A stretch of 63,774 nucleotides of DNA, filler included, from Octopus bimaculoides (GCF_001194135.2; 8 parts of 8 records of this genome joined end to end with filler, not necessarily neighbours in it), one strand, 5' to 3'; positions 35,791-48,954 are shown, numbered from the whole stretch's first letter. Notes: generated by a model not told the origin, from the letters alone. Numbers and translations are program-made.

Positions 35791-37442
35791 TACTAGTAAC
35801 ATAAAAAGAAAAGAAATTACATCAAACACTGACGCTAAAACATTCATACACGCGCAGTTATATGCACGGATAACTGACGCGAACAGCAGAGTTTGTATTT
35901 TTGTGTATCTGAATTATAGAATGTAAGCATATTTTCACGTTACATCTATGTTTGAACAGGAGCATTAAATTGCCTCATTGCCTTTTTTGTAATGCTGAAA
36001 GTGGCTCTGGACAAATGCGCCATCTCCAAATTAAACTATTATACAAAGTTTTGATAATTAGGTTTCCGGCAGAAACGTTTATCTTTCAATAAATGATATT
36101 GACTTTACGGAAGCAACAGATGTCTCTCAGTAAGTATTTTGAACATTGAAACAACAAACAGACTTATGTAAATGCTAAACATATATCTTAAGAGATATTG
36201 GCTTTCTATTACCATTGTAAATAATCTCTCTGCAGTTAATTTCTTTGACGTTCCGTATAATCTTATTAACGTAATTCACCTCTTGATACGGAAACAAGAG
36301 AATGCAGTATGTTACACACCCGTATATTACATCTACCAGGCAAGTATCATCACCGTCTTTACAAATTGTCTCAATAAACTCAGAAAACTATCATTGATTA
36401 AGTAAGTGAATAAACCGCAATGGCTACAGCTTCGGCCATTCTCTGCTCTACTCACTTTTATCTTTTATAACACTTAATTTGTTTTGGATTTTCATCGAGG
36501 TGCACTGGTGCTCTGCTGTTCTCTACTTTTATCTTCTCTTTCCGTTTCGTTTGCGGAAGTCATATTTCCAAAATGTCGGTTTCTTAGCTGTTCATGCTTC
36601 CAAGTATAAACACTAACCACATTCTAATTTTTTATGTGTTATTCTATCTTCGTTTTTATCCGTTTTTTTTTTGTTCTGAATATATTTTCGACTTCTTCCT
36701 AGAGGGCGATTAAATCCTAGTATATTCAGAATTTAATATCTGACCAGATTATATTTAGTGGCAAAGAAAAAAGGGAAATATCTTCCGGCTTGTTCTCTTG
36801 GAAGTTTCTTTCAAAATTGCCGGAGTAATATCCGTAGTTCCGACAGATAAACTTTACGATTTGAGAATATGTAAATATTGACTTCTATGTACTCTAGAAC
36901 TTCTATCGGGGGAAAGAGTCATAACTCCCACGATCGGAGACGAACGTCTCATGCGTGCCTAATAATTTATGGAGAAACGTCAAACACTCAGCCACGTAAT
37001 TCGAAATCATTTTTGTTCGGATCAGTTGATGAATTAGAATGTAAATCTTCCACCTTCATGTGTATATGCACAATTCATTATTTTAGATTGTTATTTATTA
37101 ACCGGAAAGTACCTCAAAAGTATTGAGACATACTAAGTCCACACAGGCTCAAACACATACAAAAAGAAAACACATGCAAACACATTTCTTATTGCGAATA
37201 TTAGGATATATATTTATGCGATGTGTGCAACAGTTGTATGATAACAGATTAGATATCTTCATATTTGAGACATATCCCAAAAGTTAGTTTTATAAGTTTG
37301 GTTTCCTGATAAACAGATACATGTGCAAGAATGGTACGGCATAACGTTCAGAATGGTACGGTATAGTTATACTTAAATACACACGCACACATATACATAT
37401 ATGCGTACACGTGCATATGTATGTAAGCACATAAAAATACAC

Positions 37443-37480
<38 letters not shown>

Positions 37481-37794
37481 ACACATATATATATCTTCGT
37501 ATGTATGTGTATAGCTGTAAGTACGCTAGTGCGTTTACACACATACACACACACGCACGTATATATAGGCGCATACAAGACCGTACATACAGCCTCAGAT
37601 AGATGTTCATAGATATATTAACGCTCATTTATGAATATGTGAATTTCAAGTTTTAATTCGTTGACTAAGCCAATTAATTTTATTTACATGCCTAATTATG
37701 GAGGTGTCTACACATTCTAACGTACGCTTTCCTTTCTATACCTGGGCATAATGTTTGTTGTGCGTTTGATAGTTTTGACATATGTGGCAAACAA

Positions 37795-38325
37795 TCTTTT
37801 GTACAGTAGGTACAAGGCCAATACTTTTTCGGAAGGAGACCTGTCAATCAGGTCGACCCAATTACGCAACTGGCACTTTATCGACCCCGAAACCCGAAAG
37901 CATGAAAGGTAAAGTCGACCTCGGCGGAATTTGAAAACAGAACGTGAAAACAGAGGGAAACACGCTAAGCAATTCGACCGGCGTGCTAGCGTTTCTACCT
38001 GATCGGCGTTTTATTATATTCTTTTCTACTCCAGGCACAAGGCCCTAAATTTCTGGAGAGGGGAGCCAATCGATTAAATCGACCCCAGGACGCAAATGTT
38101 ACTTAATTTATCGACGGCGGAAGGATGAAAGGCAAAGTCGACCTCGGCGGAATCTGAACGTGACGTCAGACGAAATGCCGCTACGCATTTTGCCCGGTGT
38201 TCTAACGTTTCTACTCTCTCACCGCTTTATTATATTCATTTCTGCTCTTGTAACAAGGCTCGTCAGTCGAAATACCACTAAGCATTTCGCCCGGCTTGCT
38301 AAAGTTTCCTCCAGCTCACCGCCTT
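37795..38325 (-). mobile_element. Head-to-tail trimer of SINE family B; third unit internally deleted
   Basis: Units ~37795-38010, 38012-38228 and 38229-38325; both junctions read TTTATTATATTC. Confidence 0.85.
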
Positions 38326-38870
38326 ATATGAGGCAGTAAAGGGAGCAGATTTGTTTTGTGTGTCTGTTGAAGAGAAAAAAAGATATAGTGGTTAAGAGAA
38401 TAAATATGAACGCAAGATTTACATAATTAAGAAAAGCAATGTAAGTATAGTAGATTATATATGTATATATGTGAGTACAGTATATTAAATACTAACTGTA
38501 TTACGTGCATATATTTGTAGACATGGCCATATAACAAGACACGTAAACGCACATAGTTAAATGAGTGTGGGTGAGTGTTAATATGTAAGCGGAAGTAGAT
38601 GGGGACAGTGGTTACATTTTATTATTTTATATGAAATTGATTGTTTAAAATTTATGTATATCTCAAAATTACTCCACCACGAAGAAAAGAAAACAAACAA
38701 ATTGTTAGCAAGTTGGTGATTCAGTAAGCAGGAATTTCGTATGGAAGTACTGAACTGAAATAATTTCAGGTATGCTGAAAATTGGCATACGTCTAACCTT
38801 TAAGAAAATGCAATTAATTCAAGTGTTTCAAATAGTTTTATGAATATAAATAGAATTCCTAAATAGTATA

Positions 38871-38871
<1 letters not shown>

Positions 38872-38928
<57 letters not shown>

Positions 38929-38945
38929 ACACACGCACAGACGCA
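38872..38945 (+). repeat. (CA)n microsatellite
   Basis: Visible. Confidence 0.95.
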
Positions 38946-39519
38946 CACATGTGAATATATATATATGTGTATGTATGTATGTCATTATTCATTTTATTTC
39001 AAGATTTCTTGCCAATAGAGAAAGAACTGGTTTCTAACCTAGATCCAAGGTTCCTTCATTGGAATTTCAACATCAACAACAGGGTATTTTTGTATGCATG
39101 TATATATGAATGTATGTATACATGAATGTATGTATCTATGGATTCAATCAGGAACTGAAAGCAGCGCTAGTGTTCTACACACTATCGGTCCCACATAGCG
39201 TTGATGACTTGCCGCTCGTCCCTTCCAGGAGCGATGGATATCGATATTTTGCCATTTTTGTGGTTTATCAACATCATGTACCAAAATCAGTCCGGGACGA
39301 ATCGTATCGCCAATCGACGTCTGTATAGAAATAGAATATGAACAATTTGCTACTAAGCCACAGCGATGCACGTGTAAGATTATATTCCATCATGAATTAA
39401 AATCAATCACTTGTGCTGTAAACATAATCAACCTTTCGTTATCAGTGTAGACATTTTGCTTGTCCACCACTTCACAGCGTTTAGCGCTTTGTGGACGACG
39501 ACTTCTTCAAAGCACCTGA

Positions 39520-39845
39520 AAGTTTTAGAGCGTCGAGCTTACGATCGCGAGGTTGTGAGTTCGAATCCCGAAACGGGCTGCGTCTTGTGTTCTTGAGCAA
39601 GATACTTTATTTCACGTTGCTCCAGTTCACTCAGCTGTAGAAATGAGTCGCAACGCCACAGGTGCCAAGCGGTATCGGCCTTTACCTTTCCCTTAGATAA
39701 CACTGGTGGCGTGGAGAGGGGAGGCCGGAATGCATGGGGGACTGGAGGTTTTCCATAAACAACCTTGCCGGGACTTGTGCCCCGGAGGGTACCTTTCTAG
39801 GTGCAATCTCATGGTTAGTCATGACCAATGGGGGTCTCAAAAAAA
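39520..39845 (+). mobile_element. SINE family D, near-full-length
   Basis: B box GAGTTCGAATCCC; TTGTGTTCTTGAGCAAGATACTTTATTTCACG core; 3' body shared with 48248-48368; A-rich end. Confidence 0.8.
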
Positions 39846-39879
<34 letters not shown>

Positions 39880-39966
39880 GAAAGAAGGTTTGAAAATGCA
39901 CTTATTTTTTAAAAATATTTATTTACTTAACCGGTTTCACTTTCTTAGAGAAAGATTATCAAAAGT

Positions 39967-40150
39967 CTTTGAGAATAATAAAAAATGTTAAAAAACAGTT
40001 TGAGTATTAAAATGCATATATACATTCTTTGATGATAAAATATATTTAAAGTATAAAGCTTTATACTTTAAATATATTTTATCATCAAAGAATGTATATA
40101 TGCATTTTAATTCTCAAACTGTTTTTTAACATTTTTTATTATTCTCAAAG
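39967..40150. repeat. 184-bp spacer-less palindrome abutting an N gap
   Basis: 92-bp arms centred on AAAG|CTTT at 40058/40059; one mismatch (GAGTATT vs GAGAATT). Confidence 0.9.
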
Positions 40151-42067
40151 NNNNNNNNNNNNNNNNNNNNNNNNNNNNNNNNNNNNNNNNNNNNNNNNNN
40201 NNNNNNNNNNNNNNNNNNNNNNNNNNNNNNNNNNNNNNNNNNNNNNNNNNNNNNNNNNNNNNNNNNNNNNNNNNNNNNNNNNNNNNNNNNNNNNNNNNNN
40301 NNNNNNNNNNNNNNNNNNNNNNNNNNNNNNNNNNNNNNNNNNNNNNNNNNNNNNNNNNNNNNNNNNNNNNNNNNNNNNNNNNNNNNNNNNNNNNNNNNNN
40401 NNNNNNNNNNNNTATATATATATATATCTATACACATATATATATATATATATATAATATCAAAAATATAATATAATATAATATAATATACCGGTAATTA
40501 GTAAGGTAATTCTCCAAATCTTTTCCGGTTTTCTCACAGCTAGGTTTACAAATTATGTTATTTTCCGATTAGTATATATATCACGTAATCATTTTCAAAA
40601 GATAAGAAGTTAGACATATATTCCGTTGGATTATACTACCGTTAACAATATAGGTTTCATGGAGTATTTAATATATAATATGATATAATATACTATAATA
40701 TAATATATAAAGGCGTCTGTGTGCATTTGCGTGCGCAATTATGTACATCATAACATGTTTTGCGCATGTATATTCTGCATTTTTTTTCGCTTTGTTCAGC
40801 ACAGAGTTAACTCGATATCATGCTCAATAAAATCAATTCGATCTGTTAGGTCGTGACCATAATATATCGTGTTACTACTCTTTTACCCGTTAATTGTTTC
40901 AGTAATATACAAATAGAGAAATCAATGATACAATTCGTGAACAGAAACGCATAAACAAACTTACGGAACGATCTGTATGCTTGCATATATATGTGTGTGA
41001 TTATCTGTGCCCATGTCTGTGTGCGTGCTTGAATACAAGTGTATGTATGTGCGTATAGTTGTAATGTGTGTGTATGCATGTGTGTGTGTGTGTTTGAGTG
41101 CGGGTGTAGTATGAATGCGTGTGCGCATGTGCTTTTTTGTGTCTAGCTGAACCATATAATTTTAATTCAATGTTCTATATTTATATAAAAAAAAGCAACA
41201 ACAGGCAAGGTTCTTCAAGCCTTGCTAAAACAAAATAAATAACAAACAACTAAAGTACATATTTGCCCTTGCAATGAGGAAAGTAATTTTGTCTTACTTA
41301 AATAGACAATTAGTAGCACACATTTTACGTGATATCTTCCGTTGCCGAAAAATTTTAATGTTTACTAATTAGTAACAATTGTAAACTAATAATCTGGTTA
41401 GAGAATCTANNNNNNNNNNNNNNNNNNNNNNNNNNNNNNNNNNNNNNNNNNNNNNNNNNNNNNNNNNNNNNNNNNNNNNNNNNNNNNNNNNNNNNNNNNN
41501 NNNNNNNNNNNNNNNNNNNNNNNNNNNNNNNNNNNNNNNNNNNNNNNNNNNNNNNNNNNNNNNNNNNNNNNNNNNNNNNNNNNNNNNNNNNNNNNNNNNN
41601 NNNNNNNNNNNNNNNNNNNNNNNNNNNNNNNNNNNNNNNNNNNNNNNNNNNNNNNNNNNNNNNNNNNNNNNNNNNNNNNNNNNNNNNNNNNNNNNNNNNN
41701 NNNNNNNNNNNNNNNNNNNNNNNNNNNNNNNNNNNNNNNNNNNNNNNNNNNNNNNNNNNNNNNNNNNNNNNNNNNNNNNNNNNNNNNNNNNNNNNNNNNN
41801 NNNNNNNNNNNNNNNNNNNNNNNNNNNNNNNNNNNNNNNNNNNNNNNNNNNNNNNNNNNNNNNNNNNNNNNNNNNNNNNNNNNNNNNNNNNNNNNNNNNN
41901 NNNNNNNNNNNNNNNNNNNNNNNNNNNNNNNNNNNNNNNNNNNNNNNNNNNNNNNNNNNNNNNNNNNNNNNNNNNNNNNNNNNNNNNNNNNNNNNNNNNN
42001 NNNNNNNNNNNNNNNNNNNNNNNNNNNNNNNNNNNNNNNNNNNNNNNNNNNNNNNNNNNTATATATA

Positions 42068-42103
<36 letters not shown>

Positions 42104-42639
42104 TTTATGTATGTATGCATGTATGTATGTATGTATCCACAAACAACTTTGACTAACGTCAAAGCAACTTCTGCATGTATGAGTGTTGAAAGTATGGACA
42201 GGGAGGATCTGCATCGGCATCGATCCCGGACCGGTACGGCTACCTGGCGGCCCCGGTGGCACCATCCCACACAAATACACCGGGCGTACAGGTACGGTCG
42301 CGATCGTAGCGTTTGTTGGTACAGAAGAGCGCGTGGTTGTTCCCCCTGGACGGGTGGCTCGCCCACGAAAGTCGGAGGTCCCGCAATTGTGCGTAGACCC
42401 TCACCTCGCTCGTGATGGACGGGTCTTGTTGTCACAACCGGCTATCTGTTTCAATACAGCATATCCGTAATAGACATTATCTTCGTGCGAATACGCCAGT
42501 AATTTGCCTTTGACCAATGTGCTTACATTAAGTATGATAAACATAGGAGTATTTTAATCTAAAACTGATAGCATTGGATATTTAGTATTGTTATCCACAA
42601 CATTCGTGGATGCTTAATTACTCTTTCCAAAATTGTTGA

Positions 42640-42960
42640 ACGCGCGCGGGCAAATGGATTATATCTTGCACTCACGTTCACCATTTCGAGGGTTCCGATC
42701 CCGGACCGGGCGGAGAACTTGTGTTCTTGAGCAAACCACTTGATTTCCCGCTGCTAGTGATATAGTGGGGGCGGCATGTCGAAGCATACACCAAAAGTTT
42801 CCTCTGCTTGTCGTAAAGGGTGACTAAAATATGTCGAGGAAGGATTTGCTCACCAAACTTGTAATGCTCTCACCAGAAACGTCCACCCAAGCAGACCCAT
42901 TGGCTGGATGCTTCTTCGTCTGAATAGGGCAAAGGTGTCATACACCTGGAGTAGGGAATC
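42640..42960 (+). mobile_element. Family D-type tRNA head fused to probable RTE 5'-UTR sequence
   Basis: GGTTCCGATCCCGGACCGG..TTGTGTTCTTGAGCAAA, then TTTCCTCTGCTTGTCGTAAAGGGTGACTAAA, recalled as a motif at RTE-type 5' ends (not verified). Confidence 0.4.
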
Positions 42961-43009
42961 TCCAAATAATGGTGAATGCAGAGACGCCTTGTTACACTGA
43001 CTGCTCCCA

Positions 43010-43069
<60 letters not shown>

Positions 43070-43130
43070 TACTACTACTACAACTACTAATACTACTACT
43101 ACTACAACTACTACTACTACTACTACAACA

Positions 43131-43194
<64 letters not shown>

Positions 43195-43205
43195 TTACTA
43201 CTACT
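43010..43205 (+). repeat. (ACT)n microsatellite
   Basis: Visible; source of the poly-T/L/V pseudo-ORFs. Confidence 0.95.
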
Positions 43206-44171
43206 TCTGTATTAGGNNNNNNNNNNNNNNNNNNNNNNNNNNNNNNNNNNNNNNNNNNNNNNNNNNNNNNNNNNNNNNNNNNNNNNNNNNNNNNNNNNNN
43301 NNNNNNNNNNNNNNNNNNNNNNNNNNNNNNNNNNNNNNNNNNNNNNNNNNNNNNNNNNNNNNNNNNNNNNNNNNNNNNNNNNNNNNNNNNNNNNNNNNNN
43401 NNNNNNNNNNNNNNNNNNNNNNNNNNNNNNNNNNNNNNNNNNNNNNNNNNNNNNNNNNNNNNNNNNNNNNNNNNNNNNNNNNNNNNNNNNNNNNNNNNNN
43501 NNNNNNNNNNNNNNNNNNNNNNNNNNNNNNNNNNNNNNNNNNNNNNNNNNNNNNNNNNNNNNNNNNNNNNNNNNNNNNNNNNNNNNNNNNNNNNNNNNNN
43601 NNNNNNNNNNNNNNNNNNNNNNNNNNNNNNNNNNNNNNNNNNNNNNNNNNNNNNNNNNNNNNNNNNNNNNNNNNNNNNNNNNNNNNNNNNNNNNNNNNNN
43701 NNNNNNNNNNNNNNNNNNNNNNNNNNNNNNNNNNNNNNNNNNNNNNNNNNNNNNNNNNNNNNNNNNNNNNNNNNNNNNNNNNNNNNNNNNNNNNNNNNNN
43801 NNNNNNNNNNNNNNNNNNNNNNNNNNNNNNNNNNNNNNNNNNNNNNNNNNNNNNNNNNNNNNNNNNNNNNNNNNNNNNNNNNNNNNNNNNNNNNNNNNNN
43901 NNNNNNNNNNNNNNNNNNNNNNNNNNNNNNNNNNNNNNNNNNNNNNNNNNNNNNNNNNNNNNNNNNNNNNNNNNNNNNNNNNNNNNNNNNNNNNNNNNNN
44001 NNNNNNNNNNNNNNNNNNNNNNNNNNNNNNNNNNNNNNNNNNNNNNNNNNNNNNNNNNNNNNNNNCATGAAGTTAATACAAAAAGTGGTGAATTGAATGC
44101 GATACTGTTTCTGTTGCGTATCACACATGAGATATTAAACATTTTTCTAACTGAAATAATTCCATGGGTAC

Positions 44172-44174
<3 letters not shown>

Positions 44175-44238
<64 letters not shown>

Positions 44239-44500
44239 CGTATGTTCATGTGTATGTTATGCGTGCATGGGATTGCGTGTGTGCGTGAGCGTGTATATGC
44301 GTGTATTTGTTTTATGTGTATATGAGTGCGTGCATGTATGTCTGTGCGTGTATATGCTTCTGTGTGTTATATGTGTGTATGTGTGTGTTATGTGGTTTTG
44401 TCTGTGTGCGTGTATACGTGCGTTGTGTATCTGTGTTTGTGTGTGATCGTGTGTGTGTGTGTTGTGTGTGTGCCTATGTGTGTATATTTGTGAGTGTATG
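44175..44500 (+). repeat. (TG)n pure then degenerate tract
   Basis: Visible. Confidence 0.9.
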
Positions 44501-45399
44501 TGGTTTTAGTGAAACAAAATTATTGTTCCATAACTATTAGCCGGTGCTTTTCTTGACAACTATTGCGTGTGGAAAACAAAATGAATTTAACGACCTTCGG
44601 CAATTGGTTTTAAAGATGAACATTTTTATTCATATTTTTCCTTTCTGAATAAGATATAAATAACGAACAAAAATGTTGCATATAGAATTAATATTTCAGT
44701 GACACTTGTCCTAGTATCCAAAGGAAACAAACTGTTTTTGCATTTAAACTATTGTCTATAACTAGTCGTATACGACTTTTTAGCTTTAGAAAAAAAATTT
44801 TATTTGCACAGGAACATTACTTAGAAAAAGAGAATTAAAAGTAAACCCCAAAACAGCGGAACAAAAATAAATCCTCTCATTTCACAATGTTACCAAGGTG
44901 TCACATTGCCATATCTGTATACGTCAATTCATTTGTACCTCAACATCTGATCATGCGCATTGCAAAATATCGCAGTCTATAGTTATTACCCACTCTTTTC
45001 ATAGGATTAGTCAGGGAGGATTTTAAATGTGCATGTAAATTTTAAAGCATAAATTACAAGAAAATGGTGGGTGGTTGTTTTAAAACGCTTATATATACCC
45101 CAATATTGGGATATACAAATATAATTTTGAAGTACTGCTTCAGGGTTGTGTTGTAGCAGTACTTTCAACAAATGCCATAATCTAATCTCTCCATGAAATG
45201 TCCTGTCACACAGGAGGTTAATACCTTGAATGTCACTTAGGTCATTGTTAATGAAATCTTCTTCACTTGTCACATGGACGTTCTTCTGGGAGCGTTAGAC
45301 ATTCCCATTCTCCATGTTTTTATTTTGTCTTCAACTTAACATTCGGTTCGTAAACGCGAAACATATTTTGGAAGATATGATGTACTAGTTACGAGACGA

Positions 45400-45800
45400 A
45401 GGCCGGAAGATATAACTGTTGTCTGTTGGCGATTCTCTTAAAATTTCCAACACGATCGTAGACATTTGTTCTGAGCAGATTAGATTACTCATAACGGTAT
45501 TGATCTCCAAACACATCCTGCTTCGCCAGTAAAATAACTATGGTTAAAAGCCTTAATTACCGAGATCGGCTCACTGCTGTTTGTCTCTATTCTTTTGAAC
45601 GCCTATGACTCAGATATCCTATAATATACGTATGAAAAATCCTGGATAGACATGTTGCAAACTTCAGTATAGAGCTCGAAATCCCGAACAGTAAGATTGT
45701 ATTGTAGCAGTGATATTTAAAGATACTCTGTTGTCCAGCTGTCTACCTAAAGAAATCAGAAATATAAAAGGGTTCTCTGCTGAACAGAAATATTACGGAA
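45400..45800 (+). mobile_element. Highly decayed CR1-group LINE 3' fragment
   Basis: FVLSRLDY; LNYRDRLTAVCLYSFER..IIY.MKILD..VANF, matching the Y.ERL..L.LYSLERR pattern. Confidence 0.5.
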
Positions 45801-46290
45801 ACAAAAAGAAAAAGAAAGAGAAAACATTGCATATCCATTCAAGGATATGCCGGGGGAAGATCAGCTTTACAAACTGAATCATAGATCAAATTTCAGCCAT
45901 AAAACGAGAGCAAAACTGAAGGAAAATATATTAAATCAGTACACCAGCTCAGCCGCACATCTACGATTGGAACCGTTTGAATAAGAAAGAATTAATCGAA
46001 CGTACACTTGTTTAAATATCAGTCTGTATGAAGATGTATTAGAATTTAATTGAAAATCCTTGATAGAATTAAGTGTTTCATCACTAATATTAAATGTGTA
46101 AGTTGCAAGAGGAATCGTCTGACGTTAGTAGACTTGAGTGGCGTCAACGTTGTCTCCCGTGTTTAGTATGCTCTCCATCTATCCAACTTTCGCTTGGTGA
46201 GGGGAGAAATTGGTATATTCTGTATTAAACGAAGCTTTTGCATAGAACATGAAAGGTGCAGGCTTCGATTCTAAGATAAGGATATGTATG

Positions 46291-46362
46291 CCCACGGGCA
46301 TAGAGCGTAATGATTAAGGGCTACTAGCCCCAAGATAGCGAGTTAAATTACAGGGTGCGCAT

Positions 46363-46402
<40 letters not shown>

Positions 46403-46420
46403 TAATAATAATAACGATAA
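46291..46420 (+). mobile_element. SINE family C head + (AAT)n, degenerate
   Basis: CCCACGGGCATAGAGCGTAATGATTAAG..GCTACTAGCCCCAAGAT..TGAATAATAAT; confirms the family 5' end. Confidence 0.7.
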
Positions 46421-46864
46421 TAATGATATATATATATATATATATATAATATATATATATGTATGTATGTATGTATGTATGCATGTGTGTATATATACAG
46501 TGAGCAGAGGCGTCCAGTACTGAAGAGAGAGACAGAGAGAGAGAGTGAAATAGCCTGAAACCAGACTGGTATGCTGGTACCGTCGCTAGAAAGTGGTAGG
46601 AGTTCGTACCCCTGATTGCAATATATCCGATGCAGCTGTGCATTATGAACCAGTTAGAAGAGATGTCATTTGGGGGTTAATATATCGCAGTAAAGTCCTT
46701 TCAAACAGAAGAGTCATGTTGAATTGGCTACGAACATTACCACAGCGATCATAGAGACATCTTAGAACAAGATTTTTACCTGTTATACACATACACATAG
46801 ACATACATACACACACACATACACACACACACACACACGTATATATATATATATATATATATAT

Positions 46865-46964
46865 NNNNNNNNNNNNNNNNNNNNNNNNNNNNNNNNNNNN
46901 NNNNNNNNTTAATTAATTAANNNNNNNNNNNNNNNNNNNNNNNNNNNNNNNNNNNNNNNNNNNN
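46865..46964. other. Artificial scaffold linker
   Basis: 44N-TTAATTAATTAA-44N. Confidence 0.97.
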
Positions 46965-47400
46965 AACAACAAGCAAGTGTACTAGTTTGACGCCCGGGAA
47001 AGTGAAAAAGTCTTTTACGTTTCGAGCCTGCGGTCTTCAACAGAAAGGAATAAGAGAAAATAAACAGAGAGAGAATTTTAAAAAATTGTGGATTTAGCGG
47101 TCAATCAAGGCGACTGATTAAAGAAAAAGTGTGACGGAAGAGGTTGAAAGAAGGGAAGATAATAAAGTATTGGTGACCCTAAAACGAAGGTGCGCGAGCG
47201 TATGTGTATGTAAGAATGTGTGTGTGTGTGGATAGGGGCTAGTGACGTTGACGTTTGTGGATGTGTGCGTGTGTAAGAGCCTTCGTCTGTAACGTGTAGT
47301 GTGTGGATACGCGGATGATGGTGTGTGGTGTGGGTGCTAGGAAGTGGTCAGTTCTAGTGTGTGTGGAGTGGTGTGATGTGGGAGTGGGGTGGGACGTCTA
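46965..47400 (-). mobile_element. Penelope pLTR-like repeat, copy 2
   Basis: Homologous to 34500-34730; hammerhead-like fold at 47012-47047. Confidence 0.65.
47012..47047 (-). ncRNA. Hammerhead-like fold with CUGUUGA core
   Basis: CUUU CUGUUGA A GACC-gcag-GCUC GAAA CGU A AAAG. Confidence 0.5.
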
Positions 47401-47844
47401 TATATAAATACATCAATAAGCCATATATATATATATATATATATATATANNNNNNNNNNNNNNNNNNNNNNNNNNNNNNNNNNNNNNNNNNNNNNNNNNN
47501 NNNNNNNNNNNNNNNNNNNNNNNNNNNNNNNNNNNNNNNNNNNNNNNNNNNNNNNNNNNNNNNNNNNNNNNNNNNNNNNNNNNNNNNNNNNNNNNNNNNN
47601 NNNNNNNNNNNNNNNNNNNNNNNNNNNNNNNNNNNNNNNNNNNNNNNNNNNNNNNNNNNNNNNNNNNNNNNNNNNNNNNNNNNNNNNNNNNNNNNNNNNN
47701 NNNNNNNNNNNNNNNNNNNNNNNNNNNNNNNNNNNNNNNNNNNNNNNNNNNNNNNNNNNNNNNNNNNNNNNNNNNNNNNNNNNNNNNNNNNNNNNNNNNN
47801 NNNNNNNNNNNNNNNNNNNNNNNNNNNNNNNNNNNNNNNNNNNN

Positions 47845-47903
<59 letters not shown>

Positions 47904-48247
47904 GGAGAGAGAAGAGAGAAAGACATAGAAACGGTGATGTCAAAAGTGAATGGGAGAATGAGATCACTAAAGATGCAGTGACATCACAAACTTTGCTACA
48001 TCTTCAAATTCTTCCCTTTCCCCCTCTATGCGAGTTTCAGTTTCCATATCGAATATATATATTATCTAATAAACACAATACATGTTTTATGTGCTTGTTA
48101 TAAAACATTGTTTGGCATGCTCTAAGCATATGAAATTAATAGTAGCACATAAAAATTTAAATTGTGTTTATTAGATGATATTTATCTTTCGCCAGATGGA
48201 ATACTTTTCTGCTGATCTTACCATCACCGAACAGTACTCTATATATA

Positions 48248-48424
48248 TGAATGACCATGAGATTGCACCGAGAAAGTCCCCTCTGAGGCACAAGTCCGGA
48301 CAAGGTTGTTTATGGAAGACCATCAGTTGCCCATGTATACCAGCCTCCCCTCTCCACGCCACCGATGTCATCGAACAGCCTACCTCATGACTGTAAGCCG
48401 GATGCTCTAACCACCAAGCCATAT
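48248..48424 (-). mobile_element. SINE family D with internal deletion
   Basis: Head TGGCTTGGTGGTTAGAGC..GTTCGAT joined directly to ACATCGGTGGCGTGGAGAGGGGAGG; the central part seen at ~39560-39695 is missing. Confidence 0.75.
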
Positions 48425-48954
48425 ATCAATGCAACAAACGGACAGTTTAATATTTGTTCGTTGTACATGAAATGACGTACAACCATTGGATGACGTACAT
48501 TCGTTGTACTTAAATGGAGTACAAGTTGAGGTAAAGGACACATAATATCATTTACTATCTGGGTGAGCCCGCGCGCGCGCGTGTGTGTATGTATATGTGC
48601 ATATATGTATGAATAAAATATTTAATCCATAATCGTTACTCCGACGTAAGCGAAACAAAATATATTTTGTCGGACTAATGATTATCAATATTATTCACTC
48701 CAAGCCTTGTCTCTGAGTATTTTATTCCATGTGGCCGGATATAGCTTTTTTTTTAACTTGTCGGCCCTGGAATGCATGTATAAAAATACACACATTGATG
48801 TGTGTAAGCAAACATACTTACAAACATTCATGCATATATATTTATTATTTGAATGTTTACACACGCACACACACACACACACAGAAACATAAATATTTTG
48901 GTTTGGCTCAAGTTCGGTTTTTATTATCTGTAACCTTATGTATCCACAAATTTT

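Noticed and set aside
42183-42470. RuvC-like resolvase suggested by ICIGIDPG in the + ORF
   Set aside because: The motif comes from the SINE B-box-like 14-mer CGATCCCGGACCGG, also at 42696; no further RuvC acidic motifs follow.
45007-45336. Host exon (MTSEEDFINNDLSDIQG.. ORF)
   Set aside because: No recognisable domain; the upstream ATG frame hits a stop after six codons; no clear splice sites.
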